Source: Marsupella aquatica
Taxonomy: Eukaryota > Plantae > Marchantiophyta
Assembly: GCA_973895155.1 (NCBI GenBank)
Contig: OZ316892.1
Location: 24,699,233 to 24,763,232, forward strand
Length of the DNA: 64,000 nt
Direction of reading: 5' to 3'
Under the pieces are notes generated by a model. The model saw only the letters and a program-made list of their open reading frames with translations, did not search any database and was not told the DNA's origin. This document shows, piece after piece, positions 51,495-63,676 of the stretch. Both the position numbers and the translations under genes were made by a program. Within the stretch, counting starts at the first letter, position 1, and every line of letters begins with the position of its first letter.

Positions 51495-52560
51495 GGTTAA
51501 AGTTGCCCCCAATCACTTACTTAGCTTTGGCCGCCCCAATGTAGAGACCCCTTGGGGCAACTGCACAGTTTGGCTGACTTTTCAACTGCCCTTTTTGTCA
51601 CAACTACATCCTCAAACCCCATTGGTAACCCCAATTTTGATTACTTTAAGCTTAGTTTATTTGCTTAAAGTTGCCCCAGGTAGTTTACTTGGCTTTTGGC
51701 TGCCCCAATGCCACAACCCCTTGGGGTAATGGCACGGCTGAGCCCACTTTTCAACAGACCTTTTCCTACCCCTTTGCATGGAACCCCTTTGGTAACCTCA
51801 TCCAAATTTACTCGGCTCCTTACTCTCGAATACCATGCACCCTTGGGGTGGTAGTGTGGTTTGTAAAACTGTCCAACATAATTGGATATCTGAGAAGAGG
51901 TGGTCCCTTTATATATATATACTTCTGGGGACGTTGCACCCCACATTTGGTCCCAATGTTTTGGAGCCAACCCATGCATATTTGAGTTCTAAATAAGGCG
52001 GCAAGTGATCATGGCAACCAAGGGGCTTGTCGGGGAGTTGGAACCTGGGGCAAGAACTTCTCTGAGGGTTGGGGATGGGACCCTAGGGTCTCAAGTTTCA
52101 TTCCACCTGGGATGTTGGGTCCAGGCAAGTGCCAGGGTCGTCCCCAGACTTATCATTGTTGTCGCTCCCTCGTTGCTCGCCCTCGTCATCACTCCCTTGT
52201 TGTCACTCATCGTTGCTCCCTCTCCGCTTGCTTCTCCGTCGTTGCTTCCTTTGTCCCTCCCTGCGTCGTTAGTCCTCTTTGTTGCTCCCTCCGTTTCTTC
52301 CCCCCCCCCCCCCCCGCCCGGCCGGTCCCCGTCGTCGCCTCGTTGGTCCCTCCTTGCCCCGTTATCACCGCAGGGAGTCAGGAGTCGACTTGGGAGGCAG
52401 GGAGTCGAGGCAGGGCTTTGAGGCAGCGTTAAGGCAGGGATTTGAGGCAGCGTTAAGGCAGGGATTTGAGGCAGGCGTCAAGGCAGGGAGTTGAGTTGGG
52501 TGTCAAGGCAAGGGGGTGGCACGGAGTCAAGGCAGGGAGTCGGGCGTTGAGGAGGCAAGT
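51495..52560. repeat. Degenerate ~170-bp duplication followed by GC-rich low-complexity repeats (likely TE interior)
   Basis: TTAAAGTTGCCCC...CCCCAATG...ACCCCTTGGGG...ACTTTTCAAC occurs twice (~51497 and ~51666); GAGGCAGCGTTAAGGCAGGGATTT repeats at ~52405-52490. Confidence 0.6.
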
Positions 52561-53212
52561 TGGTCCGGGCGGGGGTCGGGCAAGTAGGGTGCAAGCGCCG
52601 GTCAATGGGGGCTGACGGCCGCATCTTGGCGAGTTGGGATGTCGGAGTAGGGGCACCCGAGGGAGGGACGTAGAGGGCCAGGCACCAAAAGAAGGGGTGT
52701 CATCGGGGCGCAAAGGGTTTAGTGTTTAGCGGCTCCAAGTCGGGCCGAGGAGGGAGAAAGCGGCCACAACTTTGGGAGAATGGGAGCGCAAGGGAGAGAG
52801 TGTCGTGCGCCCCTGGAACTGATATTATTTTGTCTAATTATTGCTTCTGTTTTTCCCGGTGCTGGCTTTTCTCACTCAAAAAACCCTGGGGATTTCAAAT
52901 GATGACCATGGCAAAAATGTGCACAATTGTTTATTCTAGAAGTTAATTTATTCCTTCCTCTTTTGCTGGAATCTTTTTATGGACAGTCTATATTTGAATG
53001 ACAACCACCATATAAAAGGGCAAAACCTTGTATTATACTTTTTAATATACCTAGAGTAACTATGCCAAAGTGAAGGGCCTGGTAAAGCTATGGGGCAAAG
53101 TGCGTAGGGGGGTCTGGCAATTCAAAAGACAATATTAAATGACATCTTCGTGATTTGCAGAAGGAAATGGCAGCCTTTGGTCGATAGTTCACCTATTCCG
53201 TCAGATCAGGCC

Positions 53213-53499
53213 CTCGGGGGGTTGACTATCAAAAATCTTAGGAACCACGTGCGATCCAAAATATGTATTTTTGGCAAATTTTAACTAAATTTTTAAAAAG
53301 TGTAGGAGGCAAAAGAAGGTATTATAAACTCATGTTTATAGAATATTCTTTAATATATATCTTTTATAAAGTAAAATAGGTTATTAATATTGAAAATAGA
53401 GAATATTCTTAGAATATTTTCTTTATAAAATAGGTCTATTTATATTAGGACAGGATCGCACATGGTACCCCAAAATATACACTTAGTTAACCCCCCGAG
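53213..53499 (+). mobile_element. MITE copy 1 (287 bp, 8-bp TSD ATCAGGCC)
   Basis: Ends CTCGGGGGGTTGACTA...TAGTTAACCCCCCGAG, with subterminal inverted motifs GGAACCACGTGCGATCC / GGATCGCACATGGTACC. TSD at 53205-53212 and 53500-53507. Confidence 0.93.
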
Positions 53500-53732
53500 A
53501 TCAGGCCGCCTAACGCCTTTCCATCCGAGCCGTCCATCTGGTTTCATGACATTGATGCTGCGCCCATTCGCTGTGGCAAATGGCCAGCGGGATAGGCGGC
53601 CTTCTCTCGCTTATCAGTCGCTTCTCACGTACTCCTCTCTCACTCCTCTCTTTATTGTCGTCAGTCAACACACAGCCAATTCTCTATTTCTGCTTTGTTT
53701 GAATTTCAATCGCAATTTGTTCCTTTGCCGTT

Positions 53733-54285
53733 ATGGATGCAGATTGGGAGATTAGAACACGGCAAATTGTGGATGAAAAGTTTGTCAAATACAGCAAGGA
53801 GGTTGTGGATGAAAAATTTCTCCAATACAGGAAGGAGGTTGACGCGAAGTTTACTGAAAGAAAGAGGGTAAATCGATGAGGATGCTCTGATTTGGGAAGC
53901 GCAATACATAAAAAGCACTGCTGCCGAATTACTCCTCTTCGTACTTGGTGAACAACCCCGAGACTCATATGAGTCTACATATTTTTGCCAAAGTTTCTAG
54001 GATCCTTTCTTCATGACTATCGCACATAGATTGAACAAGGACTGTTATGGTCTCTCGAGAACTTGTGATAGAGTTATACTGGCGCGCAACCAAACTGTGC
54101 ATTGCACAGATTTGGCAGAATTATGAATTTGTATTATGGAATGCCAGCAATTGTTCAAAGATCATCCAATGCTTGCTAGCAATCTGAAGGACCAGTACCT
54201 GGCGTTAACGAACCACACAGTATTCAAAAAATACCTATTTTGGATCGCTCTGTTTGTGAATTTCAATGTGTGTCTATGCCCTTGA
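53733..54285 (+). pseudogene. Decayed small gene: repeat/coiled-coil N-terminus plus a helical domain with an RNxxxH (HEPN-like) motif
   Basis: Manual translation: MDADWEIRTRQIVDEKFVKYSKEVVDEKFLQYRKEVDAKF, frameshift near 53870, then IDEDALIWEAQYIKSTAAELLLFVLGEQPRDSYESTYFCQSF*DPFF...CDRVILARNQTVHCTDLAEL*ICIMECQQLFKDHPMLASNLKDQYLALTNHTVFKKYLF. A CT-rich leader lies upstream. Confidence 0.6.
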
Positions 54286-54501
54286 CGCCATCAATTGCTG
54301 CTCCCAATTAGAGAGACTGGAAAATGTTGTGCTGTAATTTTGGGGATTAGGATCAAATTTTCTTGTTGGTGCATGCGCACTTGAGATAGATTCAAAAGCT
54401 AGTATAATCTAAACCCTAAATTTGGCAACCTCTACCTGGTAACTTGATTGCATGTGTGATCTTCACACTTCTTGCAATTTTAAGGGTAAACTAGTATGTG
54501 G

Positions 54502-54786
54502 CTCGGGGGTTAACTTAGTGTATATTTTGGGGTACCACGTGCGATCCTAGCCTAATATAAACACACATATTTTATAATGGGAATATTCCAAAAACATTCT
54601 TTATTTTAAATATTAATGACCTATCTTACTTTATAAAAGGTATATATTAGAGAATATTCTATAAAAATTGGTATATAACACCTTCTTTTGCTTCCTACGA
54701 TTTTTAAAAATTTAGCTAATTTCTATGAAAAATACATATTTTGGATCGCACGTGGTTCCTAAGATTTTTTATAGTCAACCCCCGAG
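54502..54786 (-). mobile_element. MITE copy 2 (285 bp, inverted relative to copy 1, 8-bp TSD GTATGTGG)
   Basis: Its reverse complement aligns end to end with 53213-53499. TSD at 54494-54501 and 54787-54794. Confidence 0.93.
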
Positions 54787-56194
54787 GTATGTGGGTCCAG
54801 CTCAATTCTTTCACGTAAATTATATAGCCAAAGTACATTCAGAGGAGTGTTATAAATTTGTATTAAATTTATGTGCATTAAATTAATTTTATAAGAATGA
54901 CATCAAAAGCTCATCTACAATAACAAGAGTATGTCATAAGAAAATTAATGGCTTGGATTGAGCCATTAGGTATAACTATTTGTAATACTATCTTGGGCAA
55001 CTTAGTTTGAAGATTCAATTTGTTAATATATACAAGTAAAAGAAAATTCTCATCATTATCCTAATATCATGGCAAGTGAAAACAAATACAAAAACCATAA
55101 GTGTAGAATCATCACAAGTGTTGTTAAGAGAGAGGTTATATATATAGACCAATTTTCATGGGAGTATGAACACTCATTTCCTTGCATGATGTAGATTTTA
55201 TAATAAATTGTACTTTATGATATTATTTGTCTTATTATTAAATGTAACTATCTATATTATGTGTATTAATAACTCTAATAAACTTAACAAAAATAGGTTG
55301 GATAGAAGATTAGTGATGTTGTATTCAACGTTTGGGGGCTTGTGCATATTGATTGGAGGTTTGACTCATAATTCTTTTGGTGTGCCTAGGGAGGATTATA
55401 GTGAGGATTACAACATACTTCACACTAGGTGTGAGGAGAGTTTACATGAAACATTCAAGCTTGGAGGTAAACATCAAGTGGTAGAGTATTTTTGTAGGGC
55501 TCTCATCGTGTGACCAGGTAGGTTTGTATGATTGCATGTTTGTTTGATGATTACAATTTGTATGGATTTTATTAGTTGTGAAAAGGCCCAATGACCTTTA
55601 TATTCTATTCTTGAGCCCATTGACCCTTTCTTGAGATGAACATTTTCTTCTTGGTTGCTAGAGAAGCTTGGGAGAGTTTACAAATTATTTGGCAATCAAT
55701 AGCAAACTCAACCTTATTACAACACTTAAATTACAAGTTTGATTTCTTTCTCTTCTCTCTATATGGTTAATAGTTGTGATTGCTAATATTTTTGTGTGAT
55801 AAACCAACATCAAACATCTATGCAGTTCCAAGATTTGACCTCTAGTATATTGATTTGTGATAATTATTTGTGAATAAAAGAAAGTATAAAGTTCTAATTT
55901 TCAACATTTTGATATTCAGATCTAAACTTAGTGTACTGTTTGACCAGAAAATTGGAGCTTCATATTTGACTTGTCAATGTTTTCTCAAATCTTAACAAAT
56001 AAAGAAAATGTAAACACTAATACTCTATCTAAGAAGCTTTGCTACAAATAAAGCATAAGAAAACTTAAGCTTGAGAGTTATTTCATTTTGTTCCTTTTCC
56101 AATAGAAATAGCAGAAGCAAGATCTAAATTTGATACTAGTTTTAACATAACAAGCCATTACCTTAAAAATCAAGAAGATTCCAAGTTTAGCCAT

Positions 56195-56595
56195 CATGAT
56201 GCACACATTTGCAAGTGTACTTTTTGACTCCAATTGTAATTCTAAAATTAATAATGTTACAAGTTAAGGCATTCTGGTGCACACATCCGCAAGGGTCGGT
56301 GTACTGTTTGACCCCAATTGTAATTCTAAAATTGACAAGGTTACAAGTTAAGGCATTCTGGTGCACACATCCGCAAGGGTTGATGTATTGTTTGACCCCA
56401 ATTGTAACTTTGAAATTGATAAGGTTACAAGTTAAGGCATTGTGGTGCGCACATTCGCACGGGTCGGTGTACTGTTTGACCCCAATTGTAACTTTAAAAT
56501 TGATAAGGTTGCAAATTGAATTTTTTTAGTGAACATCCTTAAGGGTTGGTGTAATGTTTGACCCCAATTGTAACTTTAAAATCATTTGATAAGGT
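56195..56595. repeat. 84-bp tandem repeat, about 4.7 copies
   Basis: Unit TGGTGCACACATCCGCAAGGGTCGGTGTACTGTTTGACCCCAATTGTAATTCTAAAATTGA.AAGGTTACAAGTTAAGGCATTC. Confidence 0.9.
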
Positions 56596-58585
56596 ACAGG
56601 AAACTTTTGAAAATTCCCAACGCTAAATTAACATCATCTGAACATATTTTTCATAATTAAAAATGCAAAGACATGATCTAAATTATGAACGTGGCTTTGA
56701 CTTACTCAACTTAGGTAAAGTTGGCTTAGGGTTAGGTTGGCATAACATAAAGTGGGGTATGATCCCCTTACTAGCTCTTCTTCTCTCAAGCAAATTTCAA
56801 CTCATTTGGTAACTAAGTAAGGTGAAGTCTGTTTGAATCTTAAATCTTTTAACTCATTATTGGGAATTTGTTTGAGCGCAAATGTCTAGAGTCCACATAC
56901 CCTAGTTTTCTCTCTGTCTTTGAACATTTTCAACCCATTTGATTGAGTAACAAAAAATGATAAATCCCACTGATTGGATTGTTTTGGCCCTAACTTAAGC
57001 TTTAGTCGGCTTAGGAAAGTTGGCTTAGGGTAACATTGGGCTAATTTCAAGTATAGGTACAGTTTTATTTTGAATTCACAAATTTGACCTCAGTTTGAGC
57101 TCAAACTTTAAGTACATATTCTCCAAGTTTCCTTTTATCTCTCAACAATTTTGTAGCACATCTGGTTAAGTAAGGACAAAATGCTGAATCACAAAGCTTC
57201 AGATAGATTTTGGTTTCTTGACTTTGATTTGGTCGGTTTAGTCAGAGTAGGCATAAAGTAACTAAGATGGGTTTAAGACAAAATTGGAATATCAATTCAT
57301 TTTCAACTCACAACTTGGAGAGCTCAAACTTTAACTTCCCTTATAAATTTCCCTAGCTTTCCTCTATCTTGTAGAGAATTTTCAGCCCATTCGGTAGAGT
57401 ACAACAAAAATAACTGAAAGTTTTTAGAGATCCAAGTTGATTTTGGCTTCAACTTAGTTGCCTCATAATACTGAAAAATATTTAATTACTTTTTGCCAAT
57501 TTCTGAGTGACACGCAACTAGCACATACTTGACATGTGTTACAACTCTCACACGCATCACCATTCTTGCATGTGTTTACGTTCTGACCCGGATGACAATT
57601 CTAACACGAGTGAGTTTATTGTGCATCAATCCATGTTTCACAATTCTCATCATTGATCAATAAACATCAATGGTCAAGATTGACTTGTTGTCTTATTTTA
57701 TTGCCCAAAGTACCATGCAAGTTTCTATTTAAATTTGGTATCAAAGAATGTGTATCATTCTTGCACATAAACCAGACATTTTCTTCACGCTTGTCACACG
57801 AATGTTAAGGCACGTTGCACAATCTCCACCATTGATAAGTAAAATCCAACGGATATGATTAATTGTTGACGTGGAATTTTCTCTGAATTTTAAAATTTGC
57901 AAGAGTCTCTAACTGCCCGTAACTATTATTTAACCTTGTTTGCCAGATTTTGAGCTTTTATTGCGCAATCCGTGCCTACATTAGGGGTCTCAATGAAAAT
58001 GATCCAGATAGGAAAATTTTAAATGAATTGCGCTTGAAAAACATCTGCCCTAAAAAGAAAAGAAATTCAGTTGGAAAACAGGAACATGTCCTGCAGATTT
58101 CAGCACTAGATGTACACTACTTGGGAAGTTCGGATAATAGTCTTGCACCCCAAATTCATTTACTGTGAGGCTATATATAGGCCAGTGACGTTTTCTATTA
58201 ATTGTGATACTAGCATGATGCCTATTCCTTGCGCAAAAGATGTCTTGGTCAGTTGGTAAGGTGCTGACAGGCAAAACCGCAAAAAGGCAGCTTGGGGGGA
58301 CATTTGTTTTAGATGGGGTGTATGGATAGTCTATGAATAGATCTGACAAGGGAAAAAGTCTTTTTTTACCAGTTTATGAATGGAGCATCTCACCTTTTTG
58401 GTGGGATAGGGTGTTATAATGGTAGATTATATTTAGGGTAAGTGACACACTCCCTACTTATGGCTAGGTTATAATCATTATTTAGGATGTGGCCAGCATG
58501 ATCTGACAACTCAGCAGGGCTTTATTACTAGAACTGGGAACACAAGTTATCACTCTTCACCCATTGCAAACTGAAGGTCTAAGGC

Positions 58586-59117
58586 ATACACTAAAGTTAC
58601 ATGCCTGGGCAAAATAGACTAAGGGTGCATTCTTTGGAGAACCAACTAAGTTTTTGATAATTAAAAAAACATGGATACATCAGCCTACACTAAAGTTAAA
58701 GATGGGTAAAATAGACTCAGGGTGCATTCTTTGGACACCCAACCTAAAGTTTTTTATAATTAAAAACACCTGGATACATCAGCCTACACTAAAGTTAAAG
58801 ATCCACAAAAAAAATAGACGAAGGGTCCAGCGAGTAAAACCACAGTTTAAATTTTTGATGGATATGGGATGGGTATTAGAGAGCATATTTTTTAAGGTTT
58901 TTACTTCTTCACCAGAGTGGCCAATGTCCACCAGAGTGGCCAATGTTCAGTGTGTGAAGGATAAGATGCTCAGAATATTCCTTATTTGATTATTTTCCTG
59001 GCCATCAGGTCTCCCAAGCATTAAGGATGACCATTAGATGCTTGCTAATGGGGATTATTTTCCTGGCCATCAGGTCTCCCAAGCATTAAGGATGACCATT
59101 AGATGCTTGCTAATGGG
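58586..59117. repeat. Cluster of tandem duplications upstream of the coiled-coil gene (~99 bp x2.3; 19 bp x2; ~65 bp x2)
   Basis: TACACTAAAGTTA...AAAATAGACT.AGGGTGCATTCTTTGG repeats; CCAGAGTGGCCAATGT twice; GATTATTTTCCTGGCCATCAGG...GCTAATGGG twice. Confidence 0.88.
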
Positions 59118-59473
59118 ACCCGTGAAAGGATGGACACTGGCTGATGAGATAGAAAAATACTAGCCACTATAAAATTTGGGGAAGTTTAGCCACTGTAAAA
59201 AATGCTGGTATTCGACCACCATCTAAATTTGTGATGGGTTTGCTAAATTTGTGTGCGAAATCTGGTCTGTCACACATTTTGAATAGCTAAGATTTGCTTT
59301 GCTTACATGGGAGAAAAAAAGGACCCTCTTCCGAGTTCTTCTAAAGACCCCTCGTAACCGGTCCAACCGGTAGACCCGATCGTGGTCACGTCTCGGGCAA
59401 CCGGAAACACCGGTCATCGTCATCTTCCCCGCCACATCCGAGACTCTCGAGCTTCAAAGCTTCGAGCTCGGCA

Positions 59474-62104
59474 ATGGCTGCCGTGACCTTGAGCTGCGGC
59501 AGCGGCGCCCCTCCTCCGCCTTCCGCCGAGCAGAAATTCTCCAAATTGCGTTCACGATGCACCGGTCGAGCGCATCCGTCCGTGGCCTTCTCCAAAGCGT
59601 GCGAGTCTCGAGGTTTTTCTGTATCCGCTGGTGTGAGAAAAGATCGTGGAACGAGTAGTCGATCGAGAGTGTCGGCTGGGGGTGTTTCTGATTTTACTGC
59701 TTCTGCTGCTTCTCCCGGGAGGGCTACGAGTCATCAGGATGGGGCGGTTTGCAGCTCGAGCTCCTCTTGGGGAGGTGGTGGATCATCGTTTTTCCTCGGA
59801 GATTGCGGATATCCGAGGAGGTCTGTGCGGAATGGTGAGGTCTTGTTGTCTTCGTCGTTTTCTTCTCGGAGAAAAGCTGGAAGGCGGTATAGAATTGGTC
59901 ACAGTATTGGCCAAGGCCGTGGCTATCACTGCGGGTCCGTCAGGGCGCGAGCGCAGGAGGAGGCAGCCATCGTGAAGGAAATTGCGGACTTGTCTGATAG
60001 TCTGCTGAGTCTGAAGGGCGTTGTGACAACTGAGTATCGAGCAATCGGCCCCGAAATGCGAGGTCGAGTGGAGAGACTGTACGACCGGGCGGTTGTTCTC
60101 CAGCAGTCAGCTGACAGAGCAATCAGCGGCGGGAGTCGCATTCCTACACAATTGACTGCCAATCTCATTGCCTTACAGAGAGAGCATGGCTCACTGGAAA
60201 ACATCGTTCGCCTTGCAATGGAAGCGAGCCCGGCGTTGGCGAATCTCGAGGCCGCCGTAAGGAGGTCCAGTGCACTCAGTGATGCTGCCTCGAATTTGCT
60301 CTTGGAGGAAGCAAAGCCGAAGGATTCTATCTTTCAATCGCTTGTTCGTCAAAGTGCCGTTGAACCTGCTGTGAAAAGTGCATCCCCCACCCCAAAGTAT
60401 GTCATGTCCGCACCTGCAAGCCAGGGGTCTTCACCCCTGGCGGCCTTTCGGGCAGAGATAGAAAGACGTGTCATAGAGCAGCTTTCTGGAAAGAAGATGA
60501 ACAAACCAGTGACATCGGAAATTCCAGAAGGATCACCACTCTCGAATGGCTCTCTATCTGCTTCCCAAAGTCATCCATCTGATGGAAATTCGGCAATAGC
60601 AGAAAAAGTAGTGGAAAGTCCTGAAGCTTCGGAGCAAGAGAATGGACAGCTCTCGGCTCTTCCTGCCGAGGAATCTGCGGGGACAGTCACATTGCTGGAG
60701 AGTAAGCTCAAGCAACTTGACGTAGAACTGGCGAAGAGCATTCCTTTGCAAGTCTTTGAACAGAAGGTGGAAAAAATCAACTCCGCGTTGTCTGATGCAC
60801 GAGCCGAAGTCGTGCACCTGACCTCTGAAGTAGCACACCTGACTTCTGAAGTCGCCGAGAAGGAAGCAATCCTGGCTGCTGTGAAGAAAGACATGCTCTC
60901 AGAACAGGATCAGCTGACGCAAAAGGTACGTGAGCTTACAGGTGACCTTGAGAAGATGTTTACCATAGAGGACATGGAGAATGCCGTAAATTTCGGTTTA
61001 GCGGATTTGGAGAAGGAAATAGATGAGGAACAAGACCGAACGTTTCTTCTGAGCGTTGAACTAGAGAAGAGGGAGAAGTTCATAGTGGAACAGCAGGAGA
61101 ACTGGAGGATAATGAAAGAACAGCTGGAGGAACAACTTCAGAAGGAACAAGATCGAGCTCTTACACTGAGTCTCGAACTCGAGACTAAGGAGAAGCTAAT
61201 GAAAGAACAGGAAGAGGTCTGGAAGGTAGAAAAAAACGATTTTATAGCCGACCTCGAGAGTAAGGACGAGACGAAACTACAACTCCAGTCGGAGCAAGAT
61301 CGAGCTCTTAGTCTAATTCTTGAGCTCGAGACGAAGGAGAAGCAAATGATAGAACAGGAAGGGCTTTGGAAGGTCGAGAAACGGGCTCTCGAAGCCGACC
61401 TCAAGAGTAAGGAAGAGACAGAGCAACAACTCCAGAAGGACCACGATCGAGCTCTTAGTCTAATTCTTCAGCTTGAGACGAAGGAGAAGCAAATGATAGA
61501 ACAGGAAGAGCTTTGGAATGTGGAAAAAATTGCTCTTGAGGCCAACCTGAAGAACATTCAGGCGAAACTGCAAGATGTAAGGAAGAAAAGGACAAAGGAA
61601 CGAGCTCAGCTAGCTCAGAAGAAACAGAAAGTTAAGTTGCTGGAGCAAGAGTTGAAAAGACTTCAAGAGAGCATGGAGGAAGCTGATAGAATTAGATTGC
61701 AGAAAAAGGAGGCCACGTATGCAACTGTGAGGATGCTGATCTCACAGATGGTGCAGTCCTCACGAGCCAGGGCTGATAGTGAGGCACATGCAAGCACCCT
61801 CGTGGATGAAGTGGCGAAGTTACAGGAAGAAAATGAGACACTAGAGCATTCCTCAATAGCAGCGGGGGAGAAGTCTGGACAGGCAGAGATTGAAATAGAG
61901 GGTATTAAAGCAAGCCTTGCAAAAGTTGGAAGGGAAGTGGCTAGTCTGCAAGGAGAGATGCCCTTAGGAGAAAGGGCAGCTGCTCTAGAGAAATTCTTTG
62001 GGATTATGGCTCAATTGATTAAACAGGAGTCTGAAAACATGGAAGATTCTTCGTCTCTTGATAATGAACTACTGGAAGATGAGGACGATGAAGAACTCAA
62101 GTGA
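59474..62104 (+). CDS. Intronless 876-aa coiled-coil protein with a probable plastid transit peptide, function unknown
   Basis: Long open frame with an MAAV start, a Ser/Arg-rich N-terminal ~160 aa ending VRARA, and an E/K/Q/L-rich C-terminal half with four internal EQDRALSL.LELETKEK repeats. Confidence 0.85.
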   Translation: MAAVTLSCGSGAPPPPSAEQKFSKLRSRCTGRAHPSVAFSKACESRGFSVSAGVRKDRGTSSRSRVSAGGVSDFTASAASPGRATSHQDGAVCSSSSSWGGGGSSFFLGDCGYPRRSVRNGEVLLSSSFSSRRKAGRRYRIGHSIGQGRGYHCGSVRARAQEEAAIVKEIADLSDSLLSLKGVVTTEYRAIGPEMRGRVERLYDRAVVLQQSADRAISGGSRIPTQLTANLIALQREHGSLENIVRLAMEASPALANLEAAVRRSSALSDAASNLLLEEAKPKDSIFQSLVRQSAVEPAVKSASPTPKYVMSAPASQGSSPLAAFRAEIERRVIEQLSGKKMNKPVTSEIPEGSPLSNGSLSASQSHPSDGNSAIAEKVVESPEASEQENGQLSALPAEESAGTVTLLESKLKQLDVELAKSIPLQVFEQKVEKINSALSDARAEVVHLTSEVAHLTSEVAEKEAILAAVKKDMLSEQDQLTQKVRELTGDLEKMFTIEDMENAVNFGLADLEKEIDEEQDRTFLLSVELEKREKFIVEQQENWRIMKEQLEEQLQKEQDRALTLSLELETKEKLMKEQEEVWKVEKNDFIADLESKDETKLQLQSEQDRALSLILELETKEKQMIEQEGLWKVEKRALEADLKSKEETEQQLQKDHDRALSLILQLETKEKQMIEQEELWNVEKIALEANLKNIQAKLQDVRKKRTKERAQLAQKKQKVKLLEQELKRLQESMEEADRIRLQKKEATYATVRMLISQMVQSSRARADSEAHASTLVDEVAKLQEENETLEHSSIAAGEKSGQAEIEIEGIKASLAKVGREVASLQGEMPLGERAAALEKFFGIMAQLIKQESENMEDSSSLDNELLEDEDDEELK

Positions 62105-63676
62105 CACCAGTTGACAGCTTGGCATCTATAGCCGGTGCTTGGGACGAAGAACAAGAAGATGCCACAAAATGAGACCACCAAGTCATGGGCCTATCAATCT
62201 ACTGTAGATGCTTTGAAGTCAGGTTTCGACTTGCACTCTGAAAGCACACTGTCGACTTCAAGGGTGACTCGTGATTGATTGCGGCTCTTTGGAAAAGCTT
62301 GCAACAACTCAGAGATTTAGGTGCCCCAAAGTTATACATGCCATGTGCATTGACATGAAGGTCGGTTTCCAAGTTGGATCTTTTCTCGTTGATAGTTTCT
62401 TATATATGTTACAGAGTCCTTTACGGTTTCAACCGATGGCAGAAGTTTTGAGTTTGATTTCGGATTTGTGTTTGTTAAAATCAGTATTGCTATCTGATAA
62501 TGATTCACTCGTCAGTCTCCAGAGTTGGCAAAATCTTCCATAACTTCGTTCTCTATGAGTGCAATTCAATTTACGTGAGCATTCCGGAATGGATCCTCTT
62601 GAAGGTCTCGTGGGGCCAGTCTTTCTAACTATTTGATCGAGTTCCATGAATCAAAATTGTTCTGGCTCCGAGTACATGGAGGTAAGAAACGGTAATGCCA
62701 TCATCTCATGCTCTGGGACACTGAAGTTTCTCGTAAGGCTTGCCCTGTTTTTCTTTTGTATTCTATTTTAGACTACCTTCATTGAAATTATGGTGTGCTA
62801 AACAAAACTTAGAGTCGGGATCTTCATTTGAAGTTTTTCCTTGGATAGGATTTATAGGCATGCATGCGATCTATACAAACGTACATTTTAACTAGAGGAC
62901 AGATGTAGAGTTAGAAAGAGCGTTTCTGGATCCCATCCAAGCTTGCGGACCTTCTCTATAAATTCCATGTCCTCGTTCAATCCACATACCTAAGGTTTGT
63001 CATTCTCGATGTAGAAAGAAAGTAAGTTTGTGACACAAATTCCATATATAATGGGTAGCTAGAGCTCTCTAGAAAAAACCAAGCCTTCTAGGCGCATATT
63101 GGATGTGATACTCTCTTGTCCCTGGACCTTGTCCTAAGTAGTATAATATTGGAAGATTCTTAGTGTCATTGTCAGTGGGAAATGTTGGGTATGGTTGATT
63201 TGTAAATTTCCAGGTATCCTTCTCCACTGTCAACACGATGGATTTGACTCTGGTGTAAGAGCGTCCCTGTTCTTCTCCTGAAATTTCCTAAATTTAATCA
63301 GATTATTTGTGGAGACTCAATTCACTAGCTGTTTGTGAGTCAGTAGCTGGGACCCTCAACCTGTAATTCTCTTGTGAATATATCTGATGATTCCCAGAAT
63401 AGGTAAGGGTGTCCCCGTCTCCCACCTTTGAACAACTTTCCTAAATGGTAATAAATGGTTTCCTACATTGCACGGAGAGAAATATGAAAAGTGACTTTGA
63501 AAGGGGTTTGAATTTTGAAAGGGGTTTTTCCTGCCCATCCCATAGACTAGGTTAACTCATCAGCCAATTTACACTGGATAAAAAAAGTGTCCTACTCCTT
63601 TTGGATCCTCCAAAGACCCCATCAGGACTGCCAGCTTGTCGCTTCGTTTACAGATGCCACGGTTCATTTGAGGGCC

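Noticed and set aside
53213-54786. A single 1.57-kb foldback transposon with 287-bp TIRs
   Set aside because: The outer flanks differ (ATCAGGCC versus GTATGTGG), and each arm has its own TIRs and TSD.
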